Source: Trichinella spiralis (taxonomy: Eukaryota). From it: a stretch of 64,000 nt of DNA. The notes beneath the pieces are model-generated. The model ran no database searches and was not told the origin of the DNA. It saw nothing but the letters and a program-made list of their open reading frames with translations. This document shows positions 1-13,640 of this stretch, piece by piece. Made by a program: the position numbers and the translations under genes. Position 1 is the first letter of the stretch; each line of letters begins with the position of its first letter. The stretch covers positions 1,089,527 to 1,153,526 of the forward strand of contig NW_003526940.1 of NCBI RefSeq assembly GCF_000181795.1, read 5' to 3'.

Positions 1-3000
1 AAGCAGTGCCGTCAAAAGTCAACTATTACTTTCTGACTATTATGCTGGCTAACAGTGAAATTGATTCACCAGTATTGATCTAAGCTGTTCACTTAGGCGA
101 AGTTGACTACAGAGAAGAAACTGAAACCGTCTGTTCCATTTTTCAACGAAAGCTCCTACCTGGCAGTGTTCACAAACTTTTGTAAAGAAATTAATCCTAG
201 TCATCAGTTGATTTACTGTGCTGTGTGGATGAGAGCAAAACTGATCCTAAAAATCAACAAATGTGATTCTAAGCTTTTCTGTCAAGTTTGTTTATCGCAG
301 TAAAGCAGAAAATTCAAAATGAAACTACCTGCTGCTCTACGTCGACATGTTGAAACAGTAGCTAACTACAAAGAGCTGCCGATTTTCTACTTTTCGAATA
401 ATTCCATTAGCAAATTTACTAAGCATTATCAAAATTACACTCTAAAAATTTCATGCAAAAAAAATATTTTTGTTCTAAACATTGCATTGTTTGTTTCTAT
501 TTATATTGATCGATAGTATTTCAGCGCTTTAAATTCATTTGCATAATATACTTGACCAAATTATAATGCTTGCTATTTCATGCTAGATGTATCATTATAA
601 GGTATTTAGCCTGTTGTATTGAAAATTTTTTTAAAAAATCATGGGTGCTTCTTCAAAATTTTGCAAATCACTCCGTTTTGTAGTAGTATTTTTTTCAACA
701 ATGCAATCGGTTCTCTGCTAGTAATATTATTTACAAAAAAATTACAGCTCAACATATAGACTGATAGCATTCGGACAAGCAGTTTGAGTGTTCGAATATT
801 TGAATGTAATGAATGTGATGAGCTGCTAGAAATGGAAATTCTCTTGAGTTTTCCTATTTGGCTTACTTGTGGGAGGAGAAAGTAAATTTGATAAATAGCT
901 CTGACAACCGACGGCCACTAGTTGAAACTCATTTTGTGGGATTCTTAAAAAAGAAATATCTGAAATTTAAATTAATTTCTCAGAAAGGGAAAACATTTTT
1001 CTACTGCTTGTAAAATTGAAATAGCATATCAAATGATAGACCTCAACGTTGATGCAAATAAGCCTTTTTTTCCTTCTAGTTTGTCTTAATTAACTTATGC
1101 CTAATAAAAGGAAATGCATTCAAAATGTTATTCATTTTCAATTCATATGCGTATTTTGACATTCAGTTTATATTGTTTCATTAAATACTAACAATACAAT
1201 GAAAATTAAAAAAAGACACGAATATTTGCATAAAATTTGCAAGCTTTTGGAAAGAAAAATAAAACAAGCAAATATTATTTATATATATACATGTATGCAT
1301 TATTTCTTGGTTTTTTTTCTTTGAGATGTTAAAGAATTTATCAAATGATTGTTAATTTTTCAGTTTGAAAGCTACCGTAGAAGCAGTAATTTGGCAGCTG
1401 ATGACGTCCACGAGAACTTTGTTATGGGTTTTGTTTTTGTTTTGAACGCCAGCGGTGCGGAATAGCTGCTTATGTTCAGCTTCATGTTTCAGCATATCAT
1501 CGCTTATAAGTTGTTTGTGACGTTTCTGACAAGTGGAACGCGGACGCCTTGCGCCATAGGCGTTCGCATCAGGTGCCGAAACATTGGGCGCCGCTTTATG
1601 GGAACAAGTGTTGGCTAGCGTCGCGCCGGTGCCAGTAAGCTGACGCGTCGGAAAACAATGAAAGCTGACAAGTGTTCGGAACTGATTACTGGATTTTGTT
1701 GTTCTTTCCGGCGCCTGATGTTGCTGTCCTTCTGAACGAATCCACTGATGGACAGGTGCATGGCTCAGAGACCGCCGACCCCATCCGGCATGCAGAAATC
1801 GACACCAGCACGGCTTGTTTTCCAAGCCCAACAACACAACGCTCTTGCTTCATTCACAGTATGCCTGCCGATTTTGATGCTTTCCACCAGTCATCGTCAA
1901 CGCTTTAAACAGCTACTCAACGCCATGCCGCCCTTTTCACGCTGACACTGTCAATAGGATACTAATGAAACGTCAACCTCTTGAAAATATTCGTGCCAAG
2001 GTCTTCTTCTCAAATGAATGTTCAACCCATTCAAATTTCCATAATTCATATCTCTGCTGCATCAAAATTTTTACTCATTCATTGAAATATTTTCATCTGA
2101 TCACAACAAAAACAAATTATCATCTGAAAATTTTTAATAAAAACCCAACCTGCTTTTATAAAAATAACAATCACAGTGTTTGAATTTCTTCCACAGCATC
2201 ATTGACTAGTTAAGCATAATATATTATCATCACTCTGATCAAAAAACATCCAGTATTCGGTGACTAATGATGCGATAAGCAACCCACAAAACTTACTTTT
2301 GATACAAATATTTCCAATATAATACAGAATAATTTACAAATAAAACTGAATTATTAAATCATAATGTAAAACTGAAATATCATTTCACAATTAATTTTTA
2401 TTTAATAATGGTATACTTTTAAAAAGTATCAATTTAACAGCGTTTATTAATAGGATTTCCATACCCATTTTCTTGTCAATATCCCTATAATTACATCTAA
2501 TTATGAGAATATACAATTAAATATTTGTAATGTTCAATAATTCTGCAAAACTTTAATTATTTTCATCGCTTACAGCATATTATAAAAATGCACGAGTAAT
2601 TTTTTTTCGAACAATTTTTAGCTACCTCCCAAAATGTTGAAATACATTTTTTGAATAAAGTAGCTTTAAAAGTTAATTTCTGAAGGATTGAATTTTTGAG
2701 AAAAATTACAAGTTGAAAAGTGCAGGAAGATGGTTTGCAATGAGAAATTTGACGTCCAAATTGGAGGTCGTGTTCGGGGTGAAAAGGGCGAAAATAGATT
2801 GGCCAAAATGAGCCAATTTTCCATCCATTACCGTAAACAGCATCAGTCAGTCGCGGAGGTGCTTGGACGGGCATTGCCAATGCGATCCCGAATCCCAAGG
2901 CGGTTGAACTGACGTCCGGGTGTGAATATTGCTGGTGATTGTCGTGCATAATCGAGTTTATCGAGTCATTTTCATCCGTATCGACCAAGCTGAGCTTCAA

Positions 3001-5984
3001 TCACGCAATCGTCCAGCTAACGTGGCTCCGTTGACAGGAACCAAAGTATTGGCCAGGGACGAGGTGACAGACCGGCGGCCACAAACAGAACAGTCGTTCC
3101 AATTCTACCAGGCAGACAATTATATTGCCGCCTTAATCCGGGATTAGCCGATTTCAGAACTTGCTAGTTTTTACCGATGAGGACTGTTTTCACCGACTTT
3201 GTCCAAATGACTAACGGCTTACCGATGGTCAGCAAACAATGACCAAATCGAAGCTAAGCCGTCAGTCAGCTCATCCTCTTGCCGTTTTCCCTTCTCTGAG
3301 CCCATCGATCCGACGGCCTGGTGGCTGATCGCCTTACCAGTTTCGTTTCTAAACAGGCAAACAGCCGGTCGATGTATTAAATGAGTCGATGCTTTATAGA
3401 AGCTTGCCCGCAAAGAGCAATCTGAGAAATACAACACCGAATGACACTTGGACAACGGCCATCTGTCGTGTAGATCACTTCAGTCCAGTGTCGCTGGTCA
3501 TTTGATATGTAGTTTCAACGAAGACCACCCGCTGCGTTTTCGCGCCACAAACAGAAGCGATATGAACCTTTAGCAATGATACACACTTTTTACATTTTTT
3601 ACAGATTTTAGCGTTACTTCAGTCAAATACACAAACAACATTCGAGGAATTAATCACTTAAACATGTATTAATTGTATAAACAAAATACAAGTTATTGCA
3701 GTTTTTATAATTTCAATATATTAAGAATATTATTTTGATCTATCAACAACAGAATTTTTTCTTTCATAAGTAATATTTATTTGCACTTGAACATCAGATT
3801 AGAAATCGACAGTAAGTTACATAAAACATTTTTACAGTAAAGCGGGTAAAAAATTGCGGTTTGAAGGTTTTTGAATTTGGAAAAGAAAATTACATGAAAT
3901 TTTACAATATTGAGTAATATTTTAAAAATATTGCCTAAAACCGTAAAGTGTACAATGAAATGAAATAATGCGAAAAATAGTTTTTTTTTAGAAAAGCAAA
4001 TTTCATCAAACTGAAAGAAAAATAATAGAAGTTTAAAAATTAATGTTCTTTCGGCAACAGATTCTACATTAGCATTCTTAAAACGGCAAAGTGGATGATA
4101 GCTTGATAAAAAAAATTATTTTTCACATGATAGCTATTTGTAACTCCGTGTAAGTGAAACACGTAAGCTTCAATTTTCGGTTGATGACTTTTTTTATAAA
4201 GAAGGCAAATTTTTAAAACGCATTGTTTGATTAAAACTCAACATATTAAAAATTATAAAAGTAAAAAAATACAGCTTTGCAATTCATAACGTAGCGTATC
4301 AGTAATTTACATCATTTTGAAAATGTAAATACAATTTTTTGCTTCTATATAAAATTGTAACGTTCGTATTGCACAACTTACAAATTAAATTATTATTGAT
4401 AGCTACAATTTTAATTTCATTATTTCTTGGCATATTTAGCAGCGTCAAGCGTTTACAGCATTTTATAGAGTTTTATTGTACAGTTTTTGCTTTGCTGTGT
4501 TTTTCAAATAGCATTTATATCAAAGTACTTTGCTATTTGTTGATATTAACGTTAGGCTTTTGTTTCCAGTAACTCTTGCAAAATTGCACTGGATATTTTT
4601 AATTATAATTTTAAAAATAACCAAGCACTTTAACAAATGACTTTTTTAACAGAAAAGTGTAAAAGTTCTTAATGTGATATGATGATTTTGTAATGCAAAA
4701 GTTATCATTTTCAAGCAGATTATCAGTTGAAAAACAGACTTTTGCATTGATACGTTATTTAAATATTAGTGAAATACATTTTTCACTGAATATAAATGGT
4801 TTAAAAGTAATTCATTTGTTTAAAAAATTTCAAATTTACCCTATTCATTGAACAGCATGTAATTAGAGTAACATTTGACATTTGACAAATCCTGATGCCA
4901 AAATTGTTGCAATCTGCAAAAGTTATGCAAATAAAATAGCACAAGAATGTTTCATTCATTTTTTAATTTTATCAAATTTATATTTAATATATGGTCAAAC
5001 GATAACTTCGATTACACAAACATTGTTTTAAAATGCTTTTCAAAATATTAACGATTTCGTAATACGCACAGTAGTTTCCTTTTAACTATAATAAAATATC
5101 TCATTTTAAGTAATTAATTTAGCTAGCTTAATTTATACACCGCTTATTTTTTATTTTTCTGAATGTAATTCAATGTTTTTATAAATGAAAGTAATACATG
5201 TATGCATAGTTTGCCATATAAATCACCTTTCTTATAAATGTAAAACGTTAAAATAAAAGCGGTTCAACTATTCTATAAATTCATTGCTTTGATTTGTAAA
5301 AACGAACAGCGTTATTTCAAGATTTATGATTTTAACATGGCAATATGAATTACTTTAGGCATTCATAAAATATTTTCATTACATTAAAAATGAATTTATA
5401 CTTTTAAAGCTCGTTAAATATGATTTTTACATTTAGGCAAGAAAAATACTTTGATCGAGTTGTCTACTCAGTTATGCTTAAAATTGCAATACAACCAACA
5501 AGCGGATTTACGCGTTAACAATGTTAGCATGATGACAGTTTTAGAAAGAAATAAAGAAACCATTTATTGCTCTTGATATTTTGAAAAATATGCTGAAAAA
5601 TGAAATTTGTCAATGTTGACCATTTATGATTGATTTGATGGAAAATTTTTCAAAAATTCTTTTGACCCAGTATGTAAGAATGATATATGACGATTGTTTA
5701 TTTGGAAAAATTAAATTTCAAGCATTGTTTTTTATCAGTTCAAATCAATTCAATGTTTCCTACATTTCCTCACATTACGAATATTAATTTCAACTGATAA
5801 TAAACTTTGTTTAAAACTTATTTTACACATTAGAATTTTTACACGCTATTCTAAAGTTATAAAATGCCATTTTATTCCTGTATTCAAATCACTGTACCAT
5901 TTGTTTAATGAAAAACTGCAAACAAAATACAAAACATTATCATATCTAGTGTGCAGTAAATATTTGAAAAAAAGTCAAAGTAAC

Positions 5985-8128
5985 TTTCATTTTATTATAT
6001 TTTATAAAAATGAATTATGTCTGTTTTGTTTCGAAGAGAGAAATGTAAAACAAAAAAAAATTTCAACAAATTTACTACAACTGTACAAAACTCATCAAGT
6101 ACAATAGTGTATTTGATTTTTGATTCATTTTTTTAAAATGAATTTTAATTTATGAATTTCTAAATTTAGTTTAATAACGAAATAAAGATAAAGATGTATT
6201 TTCAATAACTAAAAATTACAAAAGATGAAGAACATTTAAAACAGCGCGCATCCATCAAATTGTACATTTGTATTTATTATTAAATTATCATAAACGCTAA
6301 TATTTCTGCTGAATTTATTTTTTCAATGATGTTTTGCATTTTGTTTTTCATAATGCCGAATTTTCATTGATGTCGTGGAAAATATTTCCAATTTCCAATT
6401 CACATCGCTACGGTTAGCTTGAAGAAAATGAGCCAATGTCATATAATTTGCATATTGATAAGCTAGTCGCTGAAGAATATAATGTAAATTGTGAATGAAA
6501 GCTTTCAAGTAAATTTCCATAAACAGATCAATTATAATCTAATTGAATTTATTTAAATTTTCTAATGTGTTAAACAATAAGTGTTGCTGAAATGAATACA
6601 GTCAACAGGCTAAATTTCAAATTTCTTTTTCTTCATATAATTCTTAATATGTTTTTTTAAAAGATTATTTCTATCATTTAGGAAATATTCAATTCATATG
6701 TGCATCTTAATTTTATGGATTTTCAATCACTGATATTAGTGATGATATAAATTCCAGTTCTTAGGCAGTTTATCAGCGTGTTAAGCGGATTTGACTAGCC
6801 CCGTTAATAGTAGGACAGCATAATTCATCAAAATGTCACACTGACTACAAATTTGTATCATAAATTATTTCTCTAATCATTGTTTACATTCTTAACATTT
6901 TCTTGCACAACAGTTATTTCTATATTGTTGCCATTTTGATTCTTTTCAATATCAAACGTCATTAAATATTACAAATATATAGCTGTAGTATATTAATAAA
7001 AGTAACTCAATGAACAGACAAAATAAATACCGATGTGCAAACATTTTCGTGCATACTATTTTACTCAATAAATCTGTACATGTACAAATGAAAAAATTAT
7101 TTATTTAAAACTTACGGGAAAAATTGTTTTTCACGAAAATGAAATTATTCAACTTGGACAAGTGGTAAATTCATAATTAATTTAATTTTAAAAAGTAATA
7201 AAATGTAAATTTTAACAAATATATCCATCAAACCAACAACTGTCCTATCGTTGATAACAGTTTAACAGTTTATTGTATTCGCACTAATAATGAATAATGA
7301 AATTTATTCGTTATGCGTGGAATTTTATCAGCTTTCCAGACTAAAAGAGACTGGAAGAAAAGCGCGTAAAGCACATTATTAAAAGATTTCACTTCAGTAC
7401 AATACTTTACACTATACGAATGAGTTTTATTTTCATTTTTGTTGAATCAAAAAGTAAATTTTTATGGTCAAAATTTAATAAAATAATTATGCGATAATTT
7501 ATTTTAACTGGAATTGTTTAAAATAAAAATTGAATACAGTAAATTGTGTGAAATCAGGAACATTTAAAGAGTAAATTTAAGAATGAAATATGTTCAAAAA
7601 CTAGTGAACACGTTCAAATAAGTAAAATGTTTATTTAAAAATATAAATATATTTTGAATAATTTTATATTTTTGTTCGATAAAAATAAACATTTTTACAA
7701 ATTTTACAAATTGCGTACGGTATTATTTTGAGTATAGAAATAACTAAAGTAAATAAATAATCATTGAAAAATAAATTCAGTACAAATATTATCGTTTAGG
7801 ATAATTTTTAATGTTTTTGTTTTATCATTTAATAATAAATACAAATGTACAACTTGATGGATGTTGGCTGTTTTAAATTTGTGTTCATCTTTTGTAATTT
7901 TCAGTTATTGAAAATACATTTTAATCTTTATTTTGTTATTAAACTAAATTTATAAATACATAAATTAAAATTAATTAAAAAAAATGAATTAAAAATCAAA
8001 TACACTATTGTACTTGATCAGTTTTGTACAGTTGTAGTAAAATTGTTGGAAAAAATTTTTTGTTTCACATTTCTCTTTAGGAAACAAAACAGTCTTAATT
8101 TATTTTTATAAAATAAAATAAAATGAAA
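5985..8128. repeat. Long imperfect inverted repeat: arms ~5985-6330 and ~7760-8128 around a ~1.4 kb AT-rich spacer (possible foldback or MITE-like element)
   Basis: The arms are reverse complements along their length, e.g. catccatcaaattgtacatttgtatttattattaaa (6249-6284) vs tttaataataaatacaaatgtacaacttgatggatg (7828-7863). ORFs 5901+ and 8018- translate to near-identical text. There is one ~22-nt indel near the inner end. Confidence 0.9.
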
Positions 8129-8620
8129 TATTATTTTTTTGATATCAATTTCACATTTACGCGGTAAAAATTGTTGATTTTTTTCGTATTTGAAATTCAC
8201 CAAAATAAACTTCGTATAATAAAAACAGAATGTGTAAATTTTTTTAATATATTTTTTTTACATTGTTCAATTGTTTTTTTGAAATTAATCGATTAATTAA
8301 TTAGAAAAGAACTGTAAGTTAGAAGATAGTTGAGAGAAATGCAGGCATCATTCCTGAACATATTTTATCGTCGACTGTACTTGGGCTGTCGTAGTGCGTG
8401 GTATCGTCGTGCGTCGGTGGTACTTGAGTCTTAGAATTTTTTTTCGCGCGTTTTCGCACCCGATTCAAGTAAGATTAATTTTCTGATTGTATTCAAAAAT
8501 TGTCGAACGTTTCCATTGATTGTATTGTTTGTATAGTTTTGATAGCGGAGCAAAGTTGCCGGCGGAACAGGTCAGCGGCGTGCCAAGCAAGGCATTTGTC
8601 GTCTGAATCAAGCTTATAGC

Positions 8621-10518
8621 ATGCCAATTGTCTTTCCCCCTTTTTCCAGGCAGGTGTGTTTGGTCGGTAGTGTTGCTTGTTTGACGTCCGCAAGCGCCGC
8701 TTATTTGTTTTATTGTTGGAAAAAATTTGTTCAGCGTGCGGAAAAATTTGCCAGCGTTGACCAAGCCGAAGTTGTCGTGGTGGATCAGGGCGACAAGTTG
8801 GGCAACAATAACCCAGCTCCAATTTCCGAGTGTGAAGTGACAGTGCCATTGAACCATAACTCCACTGAAAAGCCAATAATGTCTTACAAGCGGGGCGGTC
8901 GCGTCAATCACCGCAAGGCTAGCTTGAAAGCCGCTACCGGTAATGGGAACCAGAAATCACCAGAAGTGAACGTTGAAGATCCAGTGGCAGTTCCAATCGT
9001 CAATGGTCGACAAAATCCGACAAACGGAACAGAAACGAAAGGTGAGATATTTGAAATTTGAAAATTTCCATTTATTCCATTTATTATTAGAACGCGCGAA
9101 CAATGGACGAAGAAGCTCTGAAGAAAATGTTCCTTCTGAAAATCGCAGTGATTATTACTCTTCTTCAAATGGGGATTCTGAAGGCAATTCCACAAACGGC
9201 ACCCCAAATGGTGACTGATAAATAGATTTTTTTTATTCAATTCGCTATTTCCGTATTCTCCTCTCACTGTGTTCTTTTTCTTGTTGTAGTGTTTTATAAT
9301 GGGAGATTTGTCAATGGTCAGTACAACGGCTCGGAGCGAAATTTTTACGATGGAAATAACAAAGAAAACGCTTACAGACCAGCCCAATCTGTCTGTACCG
9401 AACTGAGCGTTCGTGTGATGTCGTATTCGACGGTAGCTGGCCCCTGTTCTCAGGTAAATTGATCATTTTTTAATTAATTATATATATATATATATATATA
9501 TTTTGTCTTTTTTGCTTCAATCTATCAACTTAATCTTGAAATATTTTACAGAATAATTAAAAAAAGTAAGTTCAAATTTAAATGATTAATAATGTTTTTT
9601 AAAAATTTCATCGATGAAACTTAAACGAAATGAATTATCATCGTGTTATATAATCATCTTAAACCTGATCGAAAAAAATGAACTCTGCTTTTGGTTTTTT
9701 AATTTTTTTCCGCTTGTTTTACTTTGTTAAATATTGTTGAAGCTGCGGTTTTCATTTTTATTTTTTTTTCTTTATCAATGAGTGTCAAATTGTTTGATGA
9801 ACAGTTTTTTTGTTTTTATCTTGTTATGTAAAGGTATGCGGGGGAGTATTTGTGAAATATGTGTATAGGTTTTTGCGTAGAAATTGATTTACATTCTTTT
9901 TCATAATTACTATTTGAGTGTATTAATGGTATTTGATTCGTGATGATGAAATTTTTTTTAATCAGACAATGTTGCTTCATCCAGCAATAATAAGTAGTGA
10001 TAAGTGACTTCATCTTTATTGTCTGAATGAGTTTGCTTCTGATTGTTTGTTTGAAATTGCTGAAACAGGTGATGTATGATGTACCGTTTGGTGTTGGTTG
10101 GATGTGTATTTACTGGTGTGTGTATTGTTGACTTGATTTAATTTAAACAAGAATCCCGCCGAAAAAATGAATCCACTCTTGCGTATCTTTTGCATCATCA
10201 TTAAGTTCATCGAGCTTTCGCAGCGTTCGCGTTTCCTTCTTTTTGTTTAGTTGAGACGTTTTAAATGTTTGTAATAGGCAAATTTTTGTATTTCTTCTGC
10301 AGCAGACGAAGGTTTGATAGAAAAATCCACTGATCAAGTTTACATTAGAATCGGCAAACATGCTTTAAATGGTGCAGCTGTTATTCGATGCTGTTCATCA
10401 TATCTCGCACGACGACGACTGATTTTATCCGTTGATTTTCCCCCAACCGTAGCGCATATTTTCCCCAATATAATATATATATTCATATTGAATATTTCTT
10501 TTCTCGGGATTTTTTATG

Positions 10519-10549
<31 letters not shown>

Positions 10550-12901
10550 CACTAGTATTAGTAGTGGTGGTGGTAGTAGTAGAACTTGAGAACGAATTTC
10601 ATTTTTTTGAGGGGGGGGGGAAATAGGAGCTATTTTTAGAAAAAAATATTTTTTTTCTTCTCTCACTTTGCAAAGTTCAGTTAATGCCGCAGAGATAGAG
10701 ATAAGTTAAAGGTCAAGGCTTCTAACTGTTGCTAGTGAGTTTTTCTTTTCGTTATCAGTTGATTTTTTGTTCAAACTACAAATTCATTCTGAATGTTTCA
10801 AAATTTTTGCTGACAACGATGATGCTAATTTACAATGACACTTGGAAGGCCAAATTACGTCGAAGAATTAATTTTTCTTTTCAACTATTTTTTTTAGCTC
10901 ATGACTGTTTGGCTTTTTTACCAAATTTTTACAATTTAAACTTTTTTAACTTTAATGAATTAATTAAAAATAACATCTACAAGATGCGAGGGGATTGTTT
11001 GATTTTATATCTAGGGTTCGATGGAGAGTTATCCATCGGCTTCGTCATCCGTCGAAGCCTCGAATAATGCTTGGCGAGGCAGTGCTGCAGAGAGTGGCTA
11101 CACATCGGTGCAGAGCTCCAATTTCGGCGAAAAGAAGGAGTACAATTTTGAAATACCAGCCAATCTTGTTGGACTTTTGATTGGACGCTCTGGTATCAAT
11201 GTCAAGCGTATACAAGAGTTATCCGGTTCAAAAATTTGGATAAACAGTCACTGCTTTAAAGACGGTTCCAAGATTTGCACTATTAGAGGTAAATAAATAT
11301 ATATATATACGAGGGGATGTTCTGATTTAAAGGAAATTATTATTATTATTTCTTTTTAAAATACGTAATATTTACACTTTTACAGGAGACCGTGATGCAA
11401 TTAACAACGCACTTCGGGCAATCCGTAAACGTTTTCCATCGTCTCTGTATCCGATGTTGAAATTGACGCCGTTGGTTTTCGTGGACAGTTTCCATCTGCC
11501 AGCTGAAAAATTTTTGGATGTGAGTGGTTATTATAATTTTTTTTTATTATTGCATTTTTTCCATTTTAATCATTTTTCAACTTTTCAGCTAGAATTGCCA
11601 GTTGATGTTCCAATCGAAACTACTATCTGTTTTATACAGAATGCGGTCCACTTTTTTGTTCAACAACCTACGCACCCAACTTATTTGATGCTGTCGGAAT
11701 TTCAGGCGAATTTAAATAACGCTTACAATGCAAATGAATGCAATTTGTTGATTCCTGAACCAGTTGGTGGTCAGTTATTTATTATGATAATTTGTTTTAT
11801 AATAAAATTTATTTCTTTGTTTGACGGAATGAATGAATATATACTTATTTCAGGTAATATGGTTTGCGTTGCATCGTTTGACAACGTTTGGTACCGCGTG
11901 ATGACACTTGGCACAGCTGAAGTGAATGAAAATGGAGAAAATGAGATTTGGATTCGTATTTTGGATTTTGGTGGCCTTGTGAAATCGCCGGTCTGGAATC
12001 TTCGACAAATACAGTATGTGAATAATAATGATAATAATAAGATGATGATGATTGTCTGTCCAATTTTGAAATGTTTACTTGTTATGTATATATGTTTTTC
12101 TTTCAGTGCTGAATTTCTTAATTATCCGTTTCAAGCCACTGAAGTATTTTTGTCCAATTTGAAACCAATCAATGGTAAGATTTTATAAATTAAATTCCCC
12201 CTATATATCTATATGTATTTACAGTTGTTGAAAAGTTTTTTTTTCCCATTTTAGTCAGTTGGATCTTTTCTGTCTGTTCAAGAATTATGACAAAGGATCA
12301 TTTATTATTATTTTTTGCTATAATCAGCTTTTTTTATCATCTTTTTTATTCTATTTTTAATCATATATTGCAATGCATGCTTCAGACCTGCACTACATGT
12401 ATATATTCATATGACGTCATCGAATGTGAAGATGTTTTTTTTGTTCTTTTTATATTATTTCAATATTTTTGTTCATATACTAAGTTGATGAGATTACAGC
12501 AGTGTTGAATGTGTTCTTTTTCAAGCATATTAATTTTTTTGAAATTTTATTTTTAGAAGAGATTGGTTGGACTCAGGAATCATTAGAGCTTGTTAGACAG
12601 TTTACGGCTAACAAAATTGTGCATACTTGTTCAGTGTTTGGGCCTTCTTACTCCGGTCAACGATTTGTCGAAGTTTTTCTTTTCGATATGGTATTTATTT
12701 ATTGTGATTTGGTTTTATAATTAAAAAAAAACAATTGTCATATTTGAAATCATCTAAAATTTTTGTTTGTTATTGACAAGTTAATTAATTAATTAATATG
12801 TAATTTTAATTATGCTAATATTTCAGGAGATCAGGTTATCAACGTTGCTGGTTAGTAACTGCTGTGCCGAATGGATCGTTCCACCACAATTGACACAATG
12901 A
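8621..12901 (+). CDS. AKAP1: AKAP1/spoonbill-like mitochondrial outer-membrane KH + Tudor protein (multi-exon)
   Basis: N-terminal hydrophobic anchor ending AYLFYCWKK. KH domain EIPANLVGLLIGRSGINVKRIQ with GxxG loop. Extended Tudor HFFVQQPTHPTY...CVASFDNVWYRV...IRILDFGG. GT-AG exons join in frame: 8621-9041, 9091-9211, 9290-9453, 11015-11288, then Tudor exons, last exon EIRLSTLLVSNCCAEWIVPPQLTQ* with TGA at 12899-12901. Confidence 0.85.
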
Positions 12902-13594
12902 TTTTATTTCGCATTTATTATTTATTTATTGATCATTGATCCGTCGTCATTTGTTTGTTATTTCGTCTACAATGCAGCAAGCAGCTTGTTTTCTTTTTCC
13001 TTTGCTCAGATACATGTGTGCATGACTGGGTTTTAGATGTTATATTTATTAATATTTTTTGTTATACGAGCTGCGGTTTCAACTATGCCGTATGCTGTCA
13101 TTTCATGTTTATGTTTCAGTTTTTTTAATTAATTTTTTTCTTCTTTGGAATTCCATATTTAAAAGTAATTCTTAATTTTTGAAGAACACTGCGTCAAAAT
13201 ACACAGAGAGCGTGCGTTCAAATATTTTTCAAATCCAGCCAAATTTATCAGCATTATATCTTAGCGTAGGATGAGATTAGTCTGTCTCTTCGTTCGGTGA
13301 AGTAGTTATACGGATGTGGTTTGCTCAACGTGGCGAATTCCAGCTGCCCTAACTGTTCAACTGGCTTCACACATATATCCTATACATCGTCTAATATACA
13401 ACTAATTGATTATTCATTTTTTGTTTTCTAATTTTATTGTTGTCACTCTTGGGGTTGTTATTTATTGTTAAAGCATCATCTGATCGATTCACATTGAAAA
13501 GTGCATTAAGCTTTTTCTTATTTCTTTTTCTCTTTTTGAATCCGCGAACGCAAGAGTGACTTTATATTAATTTTGCTCATTGTTTAAATGAGAT

Positions 13595-13640
13595 ATTATT
13601 ATTATTATTATTATTATTACTATTACTACTACTATTATTA
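13595..13640. repeat. (ATT)n/(ACT)n trinucleotide microsatellite
   Basis: Visible attattatt...actactact run. Similar simple repeats occur at ~9480-9501 (TA), ~10521-10548 (ATT), ~25266-25289 (ATG) and ~61789-61822 (AAC). Confidence 0.9.

Noticed and set aside
5439..5714. ~90-codon plus frame interrupted only by TGA (possible Sec or Trp recoding)
   Set aside because: No homology or SECIS is evident, and runs of this length are expected by chance across six frames of 64 kb.
10183..10302. Donor gtatcttt resembling a U12-type 5' splice site
   Set aside because: It deviates from GTATCCTT and there is no CCTTAAC branch site. I found no convincing U12 intron in the window.
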